Shown here piece after piece: positions 26,301 to 41,300 of a DNA stretch of 64,000 bases. Positions within the stretch are counted from its first letter, which is position 1, and every line of letters begins with the position of its first letter. The notes under the pieces were generated by a model. That model was not told the DNA's origin. It ran no database searches and was given only the letters and a program-made list of their open reading frames with translations. The translations under genes and the position numbers were made by a program. Origin of the DNA: the human T2T-CHM13v2.0 reference genome, Homo sapiens; NCBI RefSeq assembly GCF_009914755.1, contig NC_060948.1; one strand, given 5' to 3'.

Positions 26301-29300
26301 GAATGGACAGGAATAGAATGGTCTCGAATTGAATGGAATCGTATGGAATGGCATCAAACGGAATGGAATGGACAGCCACGGAATGGAATGCACTCGAATG
26401 CAATGGAGTCGAAACTTATGGACTGGAATAGAATGGACTCGACTGGTACGGACTCCAATGGAATGGAATCGAATGGAAGGGAATCGAACGGAATGGACTC
26501 GAAGGGAAAAGACTGCAATGGAAAGGTCTCGAATGGAATGGAAATTAATGGAATGGAATGGAATCGAATGAAATGGAGTCAAAAGGAATGGAATCGAATG
26601 GCAAGAAATCGAATGTAATGGAATCGCAAGGAATTGATGTGAACGGAACGGAATGGAATGGAATCCAAAGGAATGGAATAGAATGGAATGGAATCGAATG
26701 GAAAGGACTCGAATGGAAATCACTCGAATAGAATGCAATTTAATAAAATAGGATCAAATGTAATGGAATGGAATGGAAAGGAATCGAAACGAAAGGAATG
26801 GAGACAGATGGAATGGAATGGAACAGAGAGCAATGGTATAGAATGGAATGGAATCATCTGGAATGGAATTGAATGGAATGGAATAATATGAAATGGAATG
26901 GAATGGAATGGAATGGAATGCCCTTGAATTAAATGGACTGGAATGGAATGGACTCGAACAGAGTGGAATGGAAAGTGTTGAGATAGAATGGAATGGACTC
27001 CTTTGGAATGGTGTAGTATGCAATGCAATCGACTGGCAGGGAATCAAAAGGAATGTAATGGAATGGATTGGACTGGAATGCAATGGACTCGAATAGATTG
27101 GAAACGGAATGCAAAGGAATGGAATGGAATAGTATGGAATGGAATGGAAAGGAATGGAGTGGAATAGACTAGAGTGGAATGGAATGGACTGGAAAGCAAT
27201 GGACTGGAATGGAACTTTCTTGAATGGACTGGAACCAAACGGAATGGAATGCAATGCAATCAAATGGCATGGAATAAAATAGAATGAAAGAGAATCAAAT
27301 GGAATTGAATCGAATGGAATCGAATGGATTGGAAAGGAATAGAATGGAATGGAATGGAATTGACTCAAATGGAATGGACTAGAATGGAATGGATTCGAAT
27401 GGAAGGCAAAGGAATGGAATCTATTGGAATGGACTGTAATGGAATGGAATGGAAGGGATTGGAATGGACTCGAATGGAATGGACTGCAATAGAAAGGATT
27501 CGAATGGAATGAAAAAGAATTGAATGGAATAGAACAGAATGGAATCAAATCGAATGAAATGGAATGGAATAGAAAGGAATGGAATGAAATGGAATGGAAA
27601 GGATTCGAATGGAATGCAATCGAATGGAATGGAATCGAACGGAATGGAATAAAATGGAAGAAAACTGGCAAGAAATGGAATCGAAATGAATGGAGTGTTA
27701 TGGAACGGACTCAAAAGGAATTGAATGTAATAGAATGGAGTGGAGTGGACTCGAATATAATGGACTGGAATGGAATGAAATCACATGGAATGGGAACGAA
27801 TGGAATGGAATGGAAAGGAATGGAATCGAATGGAAAGGAATCGAATGGAAGGGAATGAAATTGAATCAACAGGAATGGAAGGGAATAGAATAGACGGTAA
27901 TGGAATGGACTCGAATAGAATGGACACGAATGCTCAAATTGAATGGACTCGAATGGAATGGAAACGAAAGGAATGTCATCGAATGGAATTGAATCGATTG
28001 GAATGAAATCGCATAGAATGGAGTGGAATCAAATGGAATTGAATCGAAAGGAAAGGAAGCGAATGGACTGAAATGAAATGGAATGGAATTGAATGGAAAG
28101 TAATGCAATGGAATAGAATGGAACGAAATTTCACGGAATGGAATCAAACTGAATGGAATCAAATCAATGGAATCTAATCAAATGGAATGGAAAGGAATTG
28201 AATGGAGTAGATTGGATTGGATGGGATTAGAATGAAATGTACTGGAAAGGACTCGAATTTCATGAAACGGAATGGAATGAATTGGAACGGAATGGACTCG
28301 AATGGAATGGAATGTCATGGAATGGCATCAAATGGAATGGCATCAAATGGAATGGAATCGAATGCAATGGAATGTTATGGAATGGAATGGAATGCATTGG
28401 AATGGAATGTCCTCTAATGGAATGGATTCGAGTGGAATGGAATCGAATATAATGGAGTCGAATGAAATGGAATTGAAAGGAATGGGATCGAATAGAATGG
28501 AATATACTGGAATGTAATGTAATGAACTCGAATGTAATTGACTGGAATGGAATGTACATGAATGGAAGGTAATCGAATGGAAAGTAATCCAATGGAATAG
28601 AATCTAATGCAATAAAACCGACTCAGATAGAGTAGAATGTAATGGAATGGAGTGCAGTGCAATGGAATGGAATGGAATTGAATGCAATGGAATGGAATGG
28701 AATGGAATGGAATGGAATGGAATGGAATGGAATGGAATGGGATGGAATGGTATGGAATGGATAGTAATGGACTGGAGTGAAATGGACTGGAAAGGAATGG
28801 ACTCAAATTGAAAGGGCTCGAAAGGAATGGTGTCAAATGGAATGGTCTGGAATGGAATGAACACGAATGTAATGCAGTCCAATAGAATGGAATCGAATGG
28901 CATGGAATATAAAGAAATGGATTCGAAGAGAATGGAAACAAATGGAATGGAATTGAATGGAATGGAATTGAATGGAATGGGAACGAATGGAGTGAAATTG
29001 TATGCAGTAGAAGGGAATAGAATGGAATGCAAGCGAAAGGAAAGGAATGGATTGGAATGGAATGGAATTCATTGGAATGGAAGGGAATGTAGTGTAATGG
29101 ACAGGCCTGGAATAAAGTGGAATGCTACGGTCTCGAATGGAATAAAAATGTATGGAATGGAATGCAATGAAATGGAATCGAATGTCATAGAATGTAATGG
29201 AATGCAACAAAATGGAATCCAAAATCATTGACTGGAAAGGCTGGGTGTCGAAAGGAATTGACTCCAATGGAATGGAATCGAATGGAATGGAAGTGAATAG

Positions 29301-32300
29301 AATCGAACTAAATCGAATGGAATGGAATTGATAGGAACGGAATGGAAAGGAATGCAATGATTTGGCATGGAATGGAATCGAATGGCATCGAATGGAATGG
29401 AATGGAATGCAATGGAATGGAATGTATTAGAATGTAATGAACTTTAATGGAATGTACTCGAATGGATTCGACTGGAATGGAATGTTCTGGAAGTGAATGG
29501 ACTCCAATGGAATGGATTCAAAAGGAATGGAATCGTACGGAATGGAATCTAATGGAATGGAATTAAATGGAAATGAATCAAATTGAATAGCACGGAATTG
29601 AATTGAATGGAATGGAATGCAATGGAATCTAATGAAACGGAAAGGAAAGGAATGGAATGGAATGGAATGGGCTGGAATGGAAAGGAATCGAAACGAATGG
29701 AATGGAATCGAACTGAAGAGACTGGAATGGAATGCACTGGAATGGAAGGGAGTGTAATGGAAGGTTCTCGAAAATAATGGAATCGAATGGAATGGAATTG
29801 AATGGAACGGAATAGAGTCGAATGGAATTGAATGGAATGGAATGGACTAGAGTGAAATGGAATCGAACCACAAGGAATGGACAGGAATAGAATGGTCTCG
29901 AATTGAATGGAATCGTATGGAATGGCATCAAACGGAATGGAATGGACAGCCACGGAATGGAATGCACTCGAATGCAATGGAGTCGAAACTAATGGACTGG
30001 AATAGAATGGACTCGACTGGTACGGACTCCAATGGAATGGAATCGAATGGAAGGGAATCGAACGGAATGGACTCGAAGGGAAAAGACTGCAATGGAAAGG
30101 TCTCGAATGGAATGGAAATTAATGGAATGGAATGGAATCGAATGAAATGGAGTCAAAAGGAATGGAATCGAATGGCAAGAAATCGAATGTAATGGAATCG
30201 CAAGGAATTGATGTGAACGGAACGGAATGGAATGGAATCCAAAGGAATGGAATAGAATGGAATGGAATCGAATGGAAAGGACTCGAATGGAAATCACTCG
30301 AATAGAATGCAATTTAATAAAATAGGATCAAATGTAATGGAATGGAATGGAAAGGAATCGAAACGAAAGGAATGGAGACAGATGGAATGGAATGGAACAG
30401 AGAGCAATGGTATAGAATGGAATGGAATCATCTGGAATGGAATTGAATGGAATGGAATAATATGAAATGGAATGGAATGGAATGGAATGGAATGCCCTTG
30501 AATTAAATGGACTGGAATGGAATGGACTCGAACAGAGTGGAATGGAAAGTGTTGAGATAGAATGGAATGGACTCCTTTGGAATGGTCTAGTATGCAATGC
30601 AATCGACTGTCAGGGAATCAAAAGGAATGTAATCGAATGGATTGGACTGGAATGCAATGGACTCGAATAGATTGGAAACGGAATGCAAAGGAATGGAATG
30701 GAATAGTATGGAATGGAATGGAAAGGAATGGAGTGGAATAGACTAGAGTGGAATGGAATGGACTGGAAAGCAATGGACTGGAATGGAACTTTCTTGGATG
30801 GACTGGAATCAAACGGAATGGAATGCAATGTAATCAAATGGCATGGAATAAAATAGAATGAAAGAGAATCAAATGGAATTGAATCGAATGGAATCGAATG
30901 GATTGTAAAGGAATAGAATGGAATGGAATGGAATTGACTCAAATGGAATGGACTAGAATGGAATGGATTCGAATGGAAGGCAAAGGAATGGAATCTATTG
31001 GAATGGACTGTAATGGAATGGAATGGAAGGGATTGGAATGGACTCGAATGGAATGGACTGCAATAGAAAGGATTCGAATGGAATGAAAAAGAATTGAATG
31101 GAATAGAACAGAATGGAATCAAATCGAATGAAATGGAATGGAATAGAAAGGAATGGAATGAAATGGAATGGAAAGGATTCGAATGGAATGCAATCGAATG
31201 GAATGGAATCGAACGGAATGGAATAAAATGGAAGAAAACTGGCAAGAAATGGAATCGAAATGAATGGAGTGTTATGGAACGGACTCAAAAGGAATTGAAT
31301 GTAATAGAATGGAGTGGAGTGGACTCGAATATAATGGACTGGAATGGAATGAAATCACATGGAATGGGAACGAATGGAATGGAATGGAAAGGAATGGAAT
31401 CGAATGGAAAGGAATCGAATGGAAGGGAATGAAATTGAATCAACAGGAATGGAAGGGAATAGAATAGACGGTAATGGAATGGACTCGAATAGAATGGACA
31501 CGAATGCTCAAATTGAATGGATTCGAATGGAATGGAAACGAAAGGAATGTCATCGAATGGAATTGAATCGATTGGAATGAAATCGCATAGAATGGAGTGG
31601 AATCAAATGGAATTGAATCGAAAGGAAAGGAAGCGAATGGACTGAAATGAAATGGAATGGAATTGAATGGAAAGTAATGCAATGGAATAGAATGGAACGA
31701 AATTTCACGGAATGGAATCAAACTGAATGGAATCAAATCAATGGAATCTAATCAAATGGAATGGAAAGGAATTGAATGGAGTAGATTGGATTGGATGGGA
31801 TTGGAATGAAATGTACTGGAAAGGACTCGAATTTCATGAAACGGAATGGAATGAATTGGAACGGAATGGACTCGAATGGAATGGAATGTCATGGAATGGC
31901 ATCGAATGGAATGGCATCAAATGGAATGGAATCGAATGCAATGGAATGTTATGGAATGGAATGGAATGCATTGGAATGGAATGTCCTCTAATGGAATGGA
32001 TTCGAGTGGAATGGAATCGAATATAATGGAGTCGAATGAAATGGAATTGAAAGGAATGGGATCGAATAGAATGGAATATACTGGAATGTAATGTAATGAA
32101 CACGAATGTAATTGACTGGAATGGAATGTACATGAATGGAAGGTAATCGAATGGAAAGTAATCCAATGGAATAGAATCTAATGCAATAAAACCGAATCAG
32201 ATAGAGTAGAATGTAATGGAATGGAGTGCAGTGCAATGGAATGGAATGGAATTGAATGCAATGGAATGGAATGGAATGGAATGGAATGGAATGGAATGGT

Positions 32301-35300
32301 ATGGAATGGATAGTAATGGACTGGAGTGAAATGGACTGGAGTGAAATGGACTGGAAAGGAATGGACTCAAATTGAAAGGGCTCGAAAGGAATGGAGTCAA
32401 ATGGAATGGTCTGGAATGGAATGAACACGAATGTAATGCAATCCAATAGAATGGAATCGAATGGCATGGAATATAAAGAAATGGAATCGAAGAGAATGGA
32501 AACAAATGGAATGGAATTGAATGGAATGGAATTGAATGGAATGGGAACGAATGGAGTGAAATTGTATGCAGTAGAAGGGAATAGAATGGAATGCAAGCGA
32601 AAGGAAAGGAATGGATTGGAATGGAATGGAATTCATTGGAATGGAAGGGAATGTAGTGTAATGGACAGGCCTGGAATAAAGTGGAATGCTACGGTCTCGA
32701 ATGGAATAAAAATGTATGGAATGGAATGCAATGAAACGGAATCGAATGTCATAGAATGTAATGGAATGCAACAAAATGGAATCCAAAATCATTGACTGGA
32801 AAGGCTGGGTGTCGAAAGGAATTGACTCCAATGGAATGGAATAGAATGGAATGGAAGTGAATAGAATCGAACTAAATCGAATGGAATGGAATTGATAGGA
32901 ACGGAATGGAAAGGAATGCAATGATTTGGCATGGAATGGAATCGAATGGCATCGAATGGAATGGAATGGAATGGAATGCAATGGAATGGAATGTATTAGA
33001 ATGTAATGAACTTTAATGGAATGTACTCGAATGGATTCGACTGGAATGGAATGTTCTGGAAGTGAATGGACTCCAATGGAATGGATTCAAAAGGAATGGA
33101 ATTGTACGGAATGGAATCTAATGGAATGGAATTAAATGGAAATGAATCAAATTGAATAGCACGGAATTGAATTGAATGGAATGGAATGCAATGGAATCTA
33201 ATGAAACGGAAAGGAAAGGAATGGAATGGAATGGAATGGGCTGGAATGGAAAGGAATCGAAACGAATGGAATGGAATCGAACTGAAGAGACTGGAATGGA
33301 ATGCACTGGAATGGAAGGGAGTGTAATGGAAGGTTCTCGAAAAAAATGGAATCGAATGGAATGGAATTGAATGGAACGGAATAGAGTCGAATGGAATTGA
33401 ATGGAATGGAATGGACTAGAGTGAAATGGAAACGAACCACAAGGAATGGACAGGAATAGAATGGTCTCGAATTGAATGGAATCGTATGGAATGGCATCAA
33501 ACGGAATGGAATGGACAGCCACGGAATGGAATGCACTCGAATGCAATGGAGTCGAAACTAATGGACTTTAATAGAATGGACTCGACTGGTACGGACTCCA
33601 ATGGAATGGAATCGAATGGAAGGGAATCGAACGGAATGGACTCGAAGGGAAAAGACTGCAATGGAAAGGTCTCGAATGGAATGGAAATTAATGGAATGGA
33701 ATGGAATCGAATGAAATGGAGTCAAAAGGAATGGAATCGAATGGCAAGAAATCGAATGTAATGGAATCGCAAGGAATTGATGTGAACGGAACGGAATGGA
33801 ATGGAATCCAAAGGAATGGAATAGAATGGAATGGAATCGAATGGAAAGGACTCGAATGGAAATCACTCGAATAGAATGCAATTTAATAAAATAGGATCAA
33901 ATGTAATGGAATGGAATGGAAAGGAATCGAAACGAAAGGAATGGAGACAGTTGGAATGGAATAGAACAGCGAGCAATGGTATAGAATGGAATGGAATCAT
34001 CTGGAATGGAATTGAATGGAATGGAATAATATGAAATGGAATGGAATGGAATGGAATGGAATGCCCTTGAATTAAATGGACTGGAATGGAATGGACTCGA
34101 ACAGAGTGGAATGGAAAGTGTTGAGATAGAATGGAATGGACTCCTTTGGAATGGTGTAGTATGCAATGCAATCGACTGGCAGGGAATCAAATGGAATGTA
34201 ATCGAATGGATTGGACTGGAATGCAATGGACTCGAATAGATTGCAAACGGAATGCAAAGGAATGGAATGGAATAGTATGGAATGGAATGGAAAGGAATGG
34301 AGTGGAATAGACTAGAGTGGAATGGAATGGACTGGAAAGCAATGGACTGGAATGGAACTTTCTTGAATGGACTGGAATCAAACGGAATGGAATGCAATGC
34401 AATCAAATGGCATGGAATAAAATAGAATGAAAGAGAATCAAATGGAATTGAATCGAATGGAATCGAATGGATTGGAAAGGAATAGAATGGAATGGAATGG
34501 AATGGACTCAAATGGAATGGACTAGAATGGAATGGATTCGAATGGAAGGCAAAGGAATGGAATCTATTGGAATGGACTGTAATGGAATGGAATGGAAGGG
34601 ATTGGAATGGACTCGAATGGAATGGACTGCAATAGAAAGGATTCGAATGGAATGAAAAAGAATTGAATGGAATAGAACAGAATGGAATCAAATCGAATGA
34701 AATGGAATGGAATAGAAAGGAATGGAATGAAATGGAATGGAAAGGATTCGAATGGAATGCAATCGAATGGAATGGAATCGAACGGAATGGAATAAAATGG
34801 AAGAAAACTGGCAAGAAATGGAATCGAAATGAATGGAGTGTTATGGAACGGACTCAAAAGGAATTGAATGTAATAGAATGGAGTGGAGTGGACTCGAATA
34901 TAATGGACTGGAATGGAATGAAATCACATGGAATGGGAACGAATGGAATGGAATGGAAAGGAATGGAATCGAATGGAAAGGAATCGAATGGAAGGGAATG
35001 AAATTGAATCAACAGGAATGGAAGGGAATAGAATAGACGGTAATGGAATGGACTCGAATAGAATGGACACGAATGCTCAAATTGAATGGACTCGAATGGA
35101 ATGGAAACGAAAGGAATGTCATCGAATGGAATTGAATCGATTGGAATGAAATCGCATAGAATGGAGTGGAATCAAATGGAATTGAATCGAAAGGAAAGGA
35201 AGCGAATGGACTGAAATGAAATGGAATGGAATTGAATGGAAAGTAATGCAATGGAATAGAATGGAACGAAATTTCACGGAATGGAATCAAACTGAATGGA

Positions 35301-38300
35301 ATCAAATCAATGGAATCAAATCAAATGGAATGGAAAGGAATTGAATGGAGTAGATTGGATTGGATGGGATTGGAATGAAATGTACTGGAAAGGACTCGAA
35401 TTTCATGAAACGGAATGGAATGAATTGGAACGGAATGGACTCGAATGGAATGGAATGTCATGGAATGGCATCAAATGGAATGGCATCAAATGGAATGGAA
35501 TCGAATGCAATGGAATGCTATGGAATGGAATGGAATGCATTGGAATGGAATGTCCTCTAATGGAATGGATTCGAGTGGAATGGAATCGAATATAATGGAG
35601 TCGAATGAAATGGAATTGAAAGGAATGGGATCGAATACAATGGAATATACTGGAATGTAATGTAATGAACTCGAATGTAATTGACTGGAATGGAATGTAC
35701 GTGAATGGAATATAATCGAATGGAAAGTAATCCAATGGAATAGAATCTAATGCAATAAAATCGACTCAGATAGAGTAGAATGTAATGGAAAGGAGTGCAG
35801 TGCAATGGAATGGAATGGAATGGAATGCAATTGAATGGAATGGAATGGAATGGAATGGAATGTAATGGGATGGAATGGTATGGAATGGATAGTAATGGAC
35901 TGGAGTGAAATGGACTGGAAAGGAATATACTCAAATTGAAAGGGCTCGAAAGGAATGGAGTCAACTGGAATGGTCTGGAATGGAATGAACACGAATGTAA
36001 TGCAATCCAATAGAATGGAATCGAATGGCATGGAATATAAAGAAATGGAATCGGAGAGAATGGAAACAAATGGAATGGAAATGAATGGAATGGAATTGAA
36101 TGGAATGGGAACGAATGGAGTGAAATTGTATGCAGTAGAAGGGAATAGAATGGAATGCAAGCGAAAGGAAAGGAATGGATTGGAATGGAATGGAATTCAT
36201 TGGAATGGAAGGGAATGTAGTGTAATGGACAGGCCTGGAATAAAGTGGAATGCTACGGTCTCGAATGGAATAAAAATGTATGGAATGGAATGCAATGAAA
36301 TGGAATCGAATGTCATAGAATGTAATGGAATGCAACAAAATGGAATCCAATATCATTGACTGGAAAGGCTGGGTGTCGAAAGGAATTGACTCCAATGGAA
36401 TGGAATCGAATGGAATGGAAGTGAATAGAATCGAACTAAATCGAATGGAATGGAATTGATAGGAACGGAATGGAAAGGAATGCAATGATTTGGCATGGAA
36501 TGGAATCGAATGGCATCGAATGGAATGGAATGGAATGCAATGGAATGGAATGTATTAGAATGTAATGAACTTTAATGGAATGTACTCGAATGGATTCGAC
36601 TGGAATGGAATGTTCTGGAAGTGAATGGACTCCAATGGAATGGATTCAAAAGGAATGGAATCGTACGGAATGGAATCTAATGGAATGGAATTAAATGGAA
36701 ATGAATCAAATTGAATAGCACGGAATTGAATTGAATGGAATGGAATGCAATGGAATCTAATGAAACGGAAAGGAAAGGAATGGAATGGAATGGAATGGGC
36801 TGGAATGGAAAGGAATCGAAACGAATGGAATGGAATCGAACTGAAGAGACTGGAATGGAATGCACTGGAATGGAAGGGAGTGTAATGGAAGGTTCTCGAA
36901 AAAAATGGAATCGAATGGAATGGAATTGAATGGAACGGAATAGAGTCGAATGGAATTGAATGGAATGGAATGGACTAGAGTGAAATGGAATCGAACCACA
37001 AGGAATGGAGAGGAATAGAATGGTCTCGAATTGAATGGAATCGTATGGAATGGCATCAAACGGAATGGAATGGACAGCCACGGAATGGAATGCACTCGAA
37101 TGCAATGGAGTCGAAACTAATGGACTGGAATAGAATGGACTCGACTGGTACGGACTCCAATGGAATGGAATCGAATGGAAGGGAATCGAACGGAATGGAC
37201 TCGAAGGGAAAAGACTGCAATGGAAAGGTCTCGAATGGAATGGAAATTAATGGAATGGAATGGAATCGAATGAAATGGAGTCAAAAGGAATGGAATCGAA
37301 TGGCAAGAAATCGAATGTAATGGAATCGCAAGGAATTGATGTGAACGGAACGGAATGGAATGGAATCCAAAGGAATGGAATAGAATGGAATGGAATCGAA
37401 TGGAAAGGACTCGAATGGAAATCACTCGAATAGAATGCAATTTAATAAAATAGGATCAAATGTAATGGAATGGAATGGAAAGGAATCGAAACGAAAGGAA
37501 TGGAGACAGATGGAATGGAATGGAACAGAGAGCAATGGTATAGAATGGAATGGAATCATCTGGAATGGAATTGAATGGAATGGAATAATATGAAATGGAA
37601 TGGAATGGAATGGAATGGAATGGAATGCCCTTGAATTAAATGGACTGGAATGGAATGGACTCGAACAGAGTGGAATGGAAAGTGTTGAGATAGAATGGAA
37701 TGGACTCCTTTGGAATGGTCTAGTATGCAATGCAATCGACTGTCAGGGAATCAAAAGGAATGTAATCGAATGGATTGGACTGGAATGCAATGGACTCGAA
37801 TAGATTGGAAACGGAATGCAAAGGAATGGAATGGAATAGTATGGAATGGAATGGAAAGGAATGGAGTGGAATAGACTAGAGTGGAATGGAATGGACTGGA
37901 AAGCAATGGACTGGAATGGAACTTTCTTGAATGGACTGGAATCAAACGGAATGGAATGCAATGCAATCAAATGGCATGGAATAAAATAGAATGAAAGAGA
38001 ATCAAATGGAATTGAATCGAATGGAATCGAATGGATTGTAAAGGAATAGAATGGAATGGAATGGAATTGACTCAAATGGAATGGACTAGAATGGAATGGA
38101 TTCGAATGGAAGGCAAAGGAATGGAATCTATTGGAATGGACTGTAATGGAATGGAATGGAAGGGATTGGAATGGACTCGAATGGAATGGACTGCAATAGA
38201 AAGGATTCGAATGGAATGAAAAAGAATTGAATGGAATAGAACAGAATGGAATCAAATCGAATGAAATGGAATGGAATAGAAAGGAATGGAATGAAATGGA

Positions 38301-41300
38301 ATGGAAAGGATTCGAATGGAATGCAATCGAATGGAATGGAATCGAACGGAATGGAATAAAATGGAAGAAAACTGGCAAGAAATGGAATCGAAATGAATGG
38401 AGTGTTATGGAACGGACTCAAAAGGAATTGAATGTAATAGAATGGAGTGGAGTGGACTCGAATATAATGGACTGGAATGGAATGAAATCACATGGAATGG
38501 GAACGAATGGAATGGAATGGAAAGGAATGGAATCGAATGGAAAGGAATCGAATGGAAGGGAATGAAATTGAATCAACAGGAATGGAAGGGAATAGAATAG
38601 ACGGTAATGGAATGGACTCGAATAGAATGGACACGAATGCTCAAATTGAATGGATTCGAATGGAATGGAAACGAAAGGAATGTCATCGAATGGAATTGAA
38701 TCGATTGGAATGAAATCGCATAGAATGGAGTGGAATCAAATGGAATTGAATCGAAAGGAAAGGAAGCGAATGGACTGAAATGAAATGGAATGGAATTGAA
38801 TGGAAAGTAATGCAATGGAATAGAATGGAACGAAATTTCACGGAATGGAATCAAACTGAATGGAATCAAATCAATGGAATCTAATCAAATGGAATGGAAA
38901 GGAATTGAATGGAGTAGATTGGATTGGATGGGATTGGAATGAAATGTACTGGAAAGGACTCGAATTTCATGAAACGGAATGGAATGAATTGGAACGGAAT
39001 GGACTCGAATGGAATGGAATGTCATGGAATGGCATCGAATGGAATGGCATCAAATGGAATGGAATCGAATGCAATGGAATGTTATGGAATGGAATGGAAT
39101 GCATTGGAATGGAATGTCCTCTAATGGAATGGATTCGAGTGGAATGGAATCGAATATAATGGAGTCGAATGAAATGGAATTGAAAGGAATGGGATCGAAT
39201 AGAATGGAATATACTGGAATGTAATGTAATGAACACGAATGTAATTGACTGGAATGGAATGTACATGAATGGAAGGTAATCGAATGGAAAGTAATCCAAT
39301 GGAATAGAATCTAATGCAATAAAACCGAATCAGATAGAGTAGAATGTAATGGAATGGAGTGCAGTGCAATGGAATGGAATGGAATTGAATGCAATGGAAT
39401 GGAATGGAATGGAATGGAATGGAATGGAATGGTATGGAATGGATAGTAATGGACTGGAGTGAAATGGACTGGAAAGGAATGGACTCAAATTGAAAGGGCT
39501 CGAAAGGAATGGAGTCAAATGGAATGGTCTGGAATGGAATGAACACGAATGTAATGCAATCCAATAGAATGGAATCGAATGGCATGGAATATAAAGAAAT
39601 GGAATCGAAGAGAATGGAAACAAATGGAATGGAATTGAATGGAATGGAATTGAATGGAATGGGAACGAATGGAGTGAAATTGTATGAAGTAGAAGGGAAT
39701 AGAATGGAATGCAAGCGAAAGGAAAGGAATGGATTGGAATGGAATGGAATTCATTGGAATGGAAGGGAATGTAGTGTAATGGACAGGCCTGGAATAAAGT
39801 GGAATGCTACGGTCTCGAATGGAATAAAAATGTATGGAATGGAATGCAATGAAACGGAATCGAATGTCATAGAATGTAATGGAATGCAACAAAATGGAAT
39901 CCAAAATCATTGACTGGAAAGGCTGGGTGTCGAAAGGAATTGACTCCAATGGAATGGAATCGAATGGAATGGAAGTGAATAGAATCGAACTAAATCGAAT
40001 GGAATGGAATTGACAGGAACGGAATGGAAAGGAATGCAATGATTTGGCATGGAATGGAATCGAATGGCATCGAATGGAATGGAATGGAATGCAATGGAAT
40101 GGAATGTATTAGAATGTAATGAACTTTAATGGAATGTACTCGAATGGATTCGACTGGAATGGAATGTTCTGGAAGTGAATGGACTCCAATGGAATGGATT
40201 CAAAAGGAATGGAATCGTACGGAATGGAATCTAATGGAATGGAATTAAATGGAAATGAATCAAATTGAATAGCACGGAATTGAATTGAATGGAATGGAAT
40301 GCAATGGAATCTAATGAAACGGAAAGGAAAGGAATGGAATGGAATGGAATGGGCTGGAATGGAAAGGAATCGAAACGAATGGAATGGAATCGAACTGAAG
40401 AGACTGGAATGGAATGCACTGGAATGGAAGGGAGTGTAATGGAAGGTTCTCGAAAATAATGGAATCGAATGGAATGGAATTGAATGGAACGGAATAGAGT
40501 CGAATGGAATTGAATGGAATGGAATGGACTAGAGTGAAATGGAATCGAACCACAAGGAATGGACAGGAATAGAATGGTCTCGAATTGAATGGAACCGTAT
40601 GGAATGGCATCAAACGGAATGGAATGGACAGCCACGGAATGGAATGCACTCGAATGCAATGGAGTCGAAACTAATGGACTGGAATAGAATGGACTCGACT
40701 GGTACGGACTCCAATGGAATGGAATCGAATGGAAGGGAATCGAACGGAATGGACTCGAAGGGAAAAGACTGCAATGGAAAGGTCTCGAATGGAATGGAAA
40801 TTAATGGAATGGAATGGAATCGAATGAAATGGAGTCAAAAGGAATGGAATCGAATGGCAAGAAATCGAATGTAATGGAATCGCAAGGAATTGATGTGAAC
40901 GGAACGGAATGGAATGGAATCCAAAGGAATGGAATAGAATGGAATGGAATCGAATGGAAAGGACTCGAATGGAAATCACTCGAATAGAATGCAATTTAAT
41001 AAAATAGGATCAAATGTAATGGAATGGAATGGAAAGGAATCGAAACGAAAGGAATGGAGACAGATGGAATGGAATGGAACAGAGAGCAATGGTATAGAAT
41101 GGAATGGAATCATCTGGAATGGAATTGAATGGAATGGAATAATATGAAATGGAATGGAATGGAATGGAATGGAATGCCCTTGAATTAAATGGACTGGAAT
41201 GGAATGGACTCGAACAGAGTGGAATGGAAAGTGTTGAGATAGAATGGAATGGACTCCTTTGGAATGGTCTAGTATGCAATGCAATCGACTGTCAGGGAAT

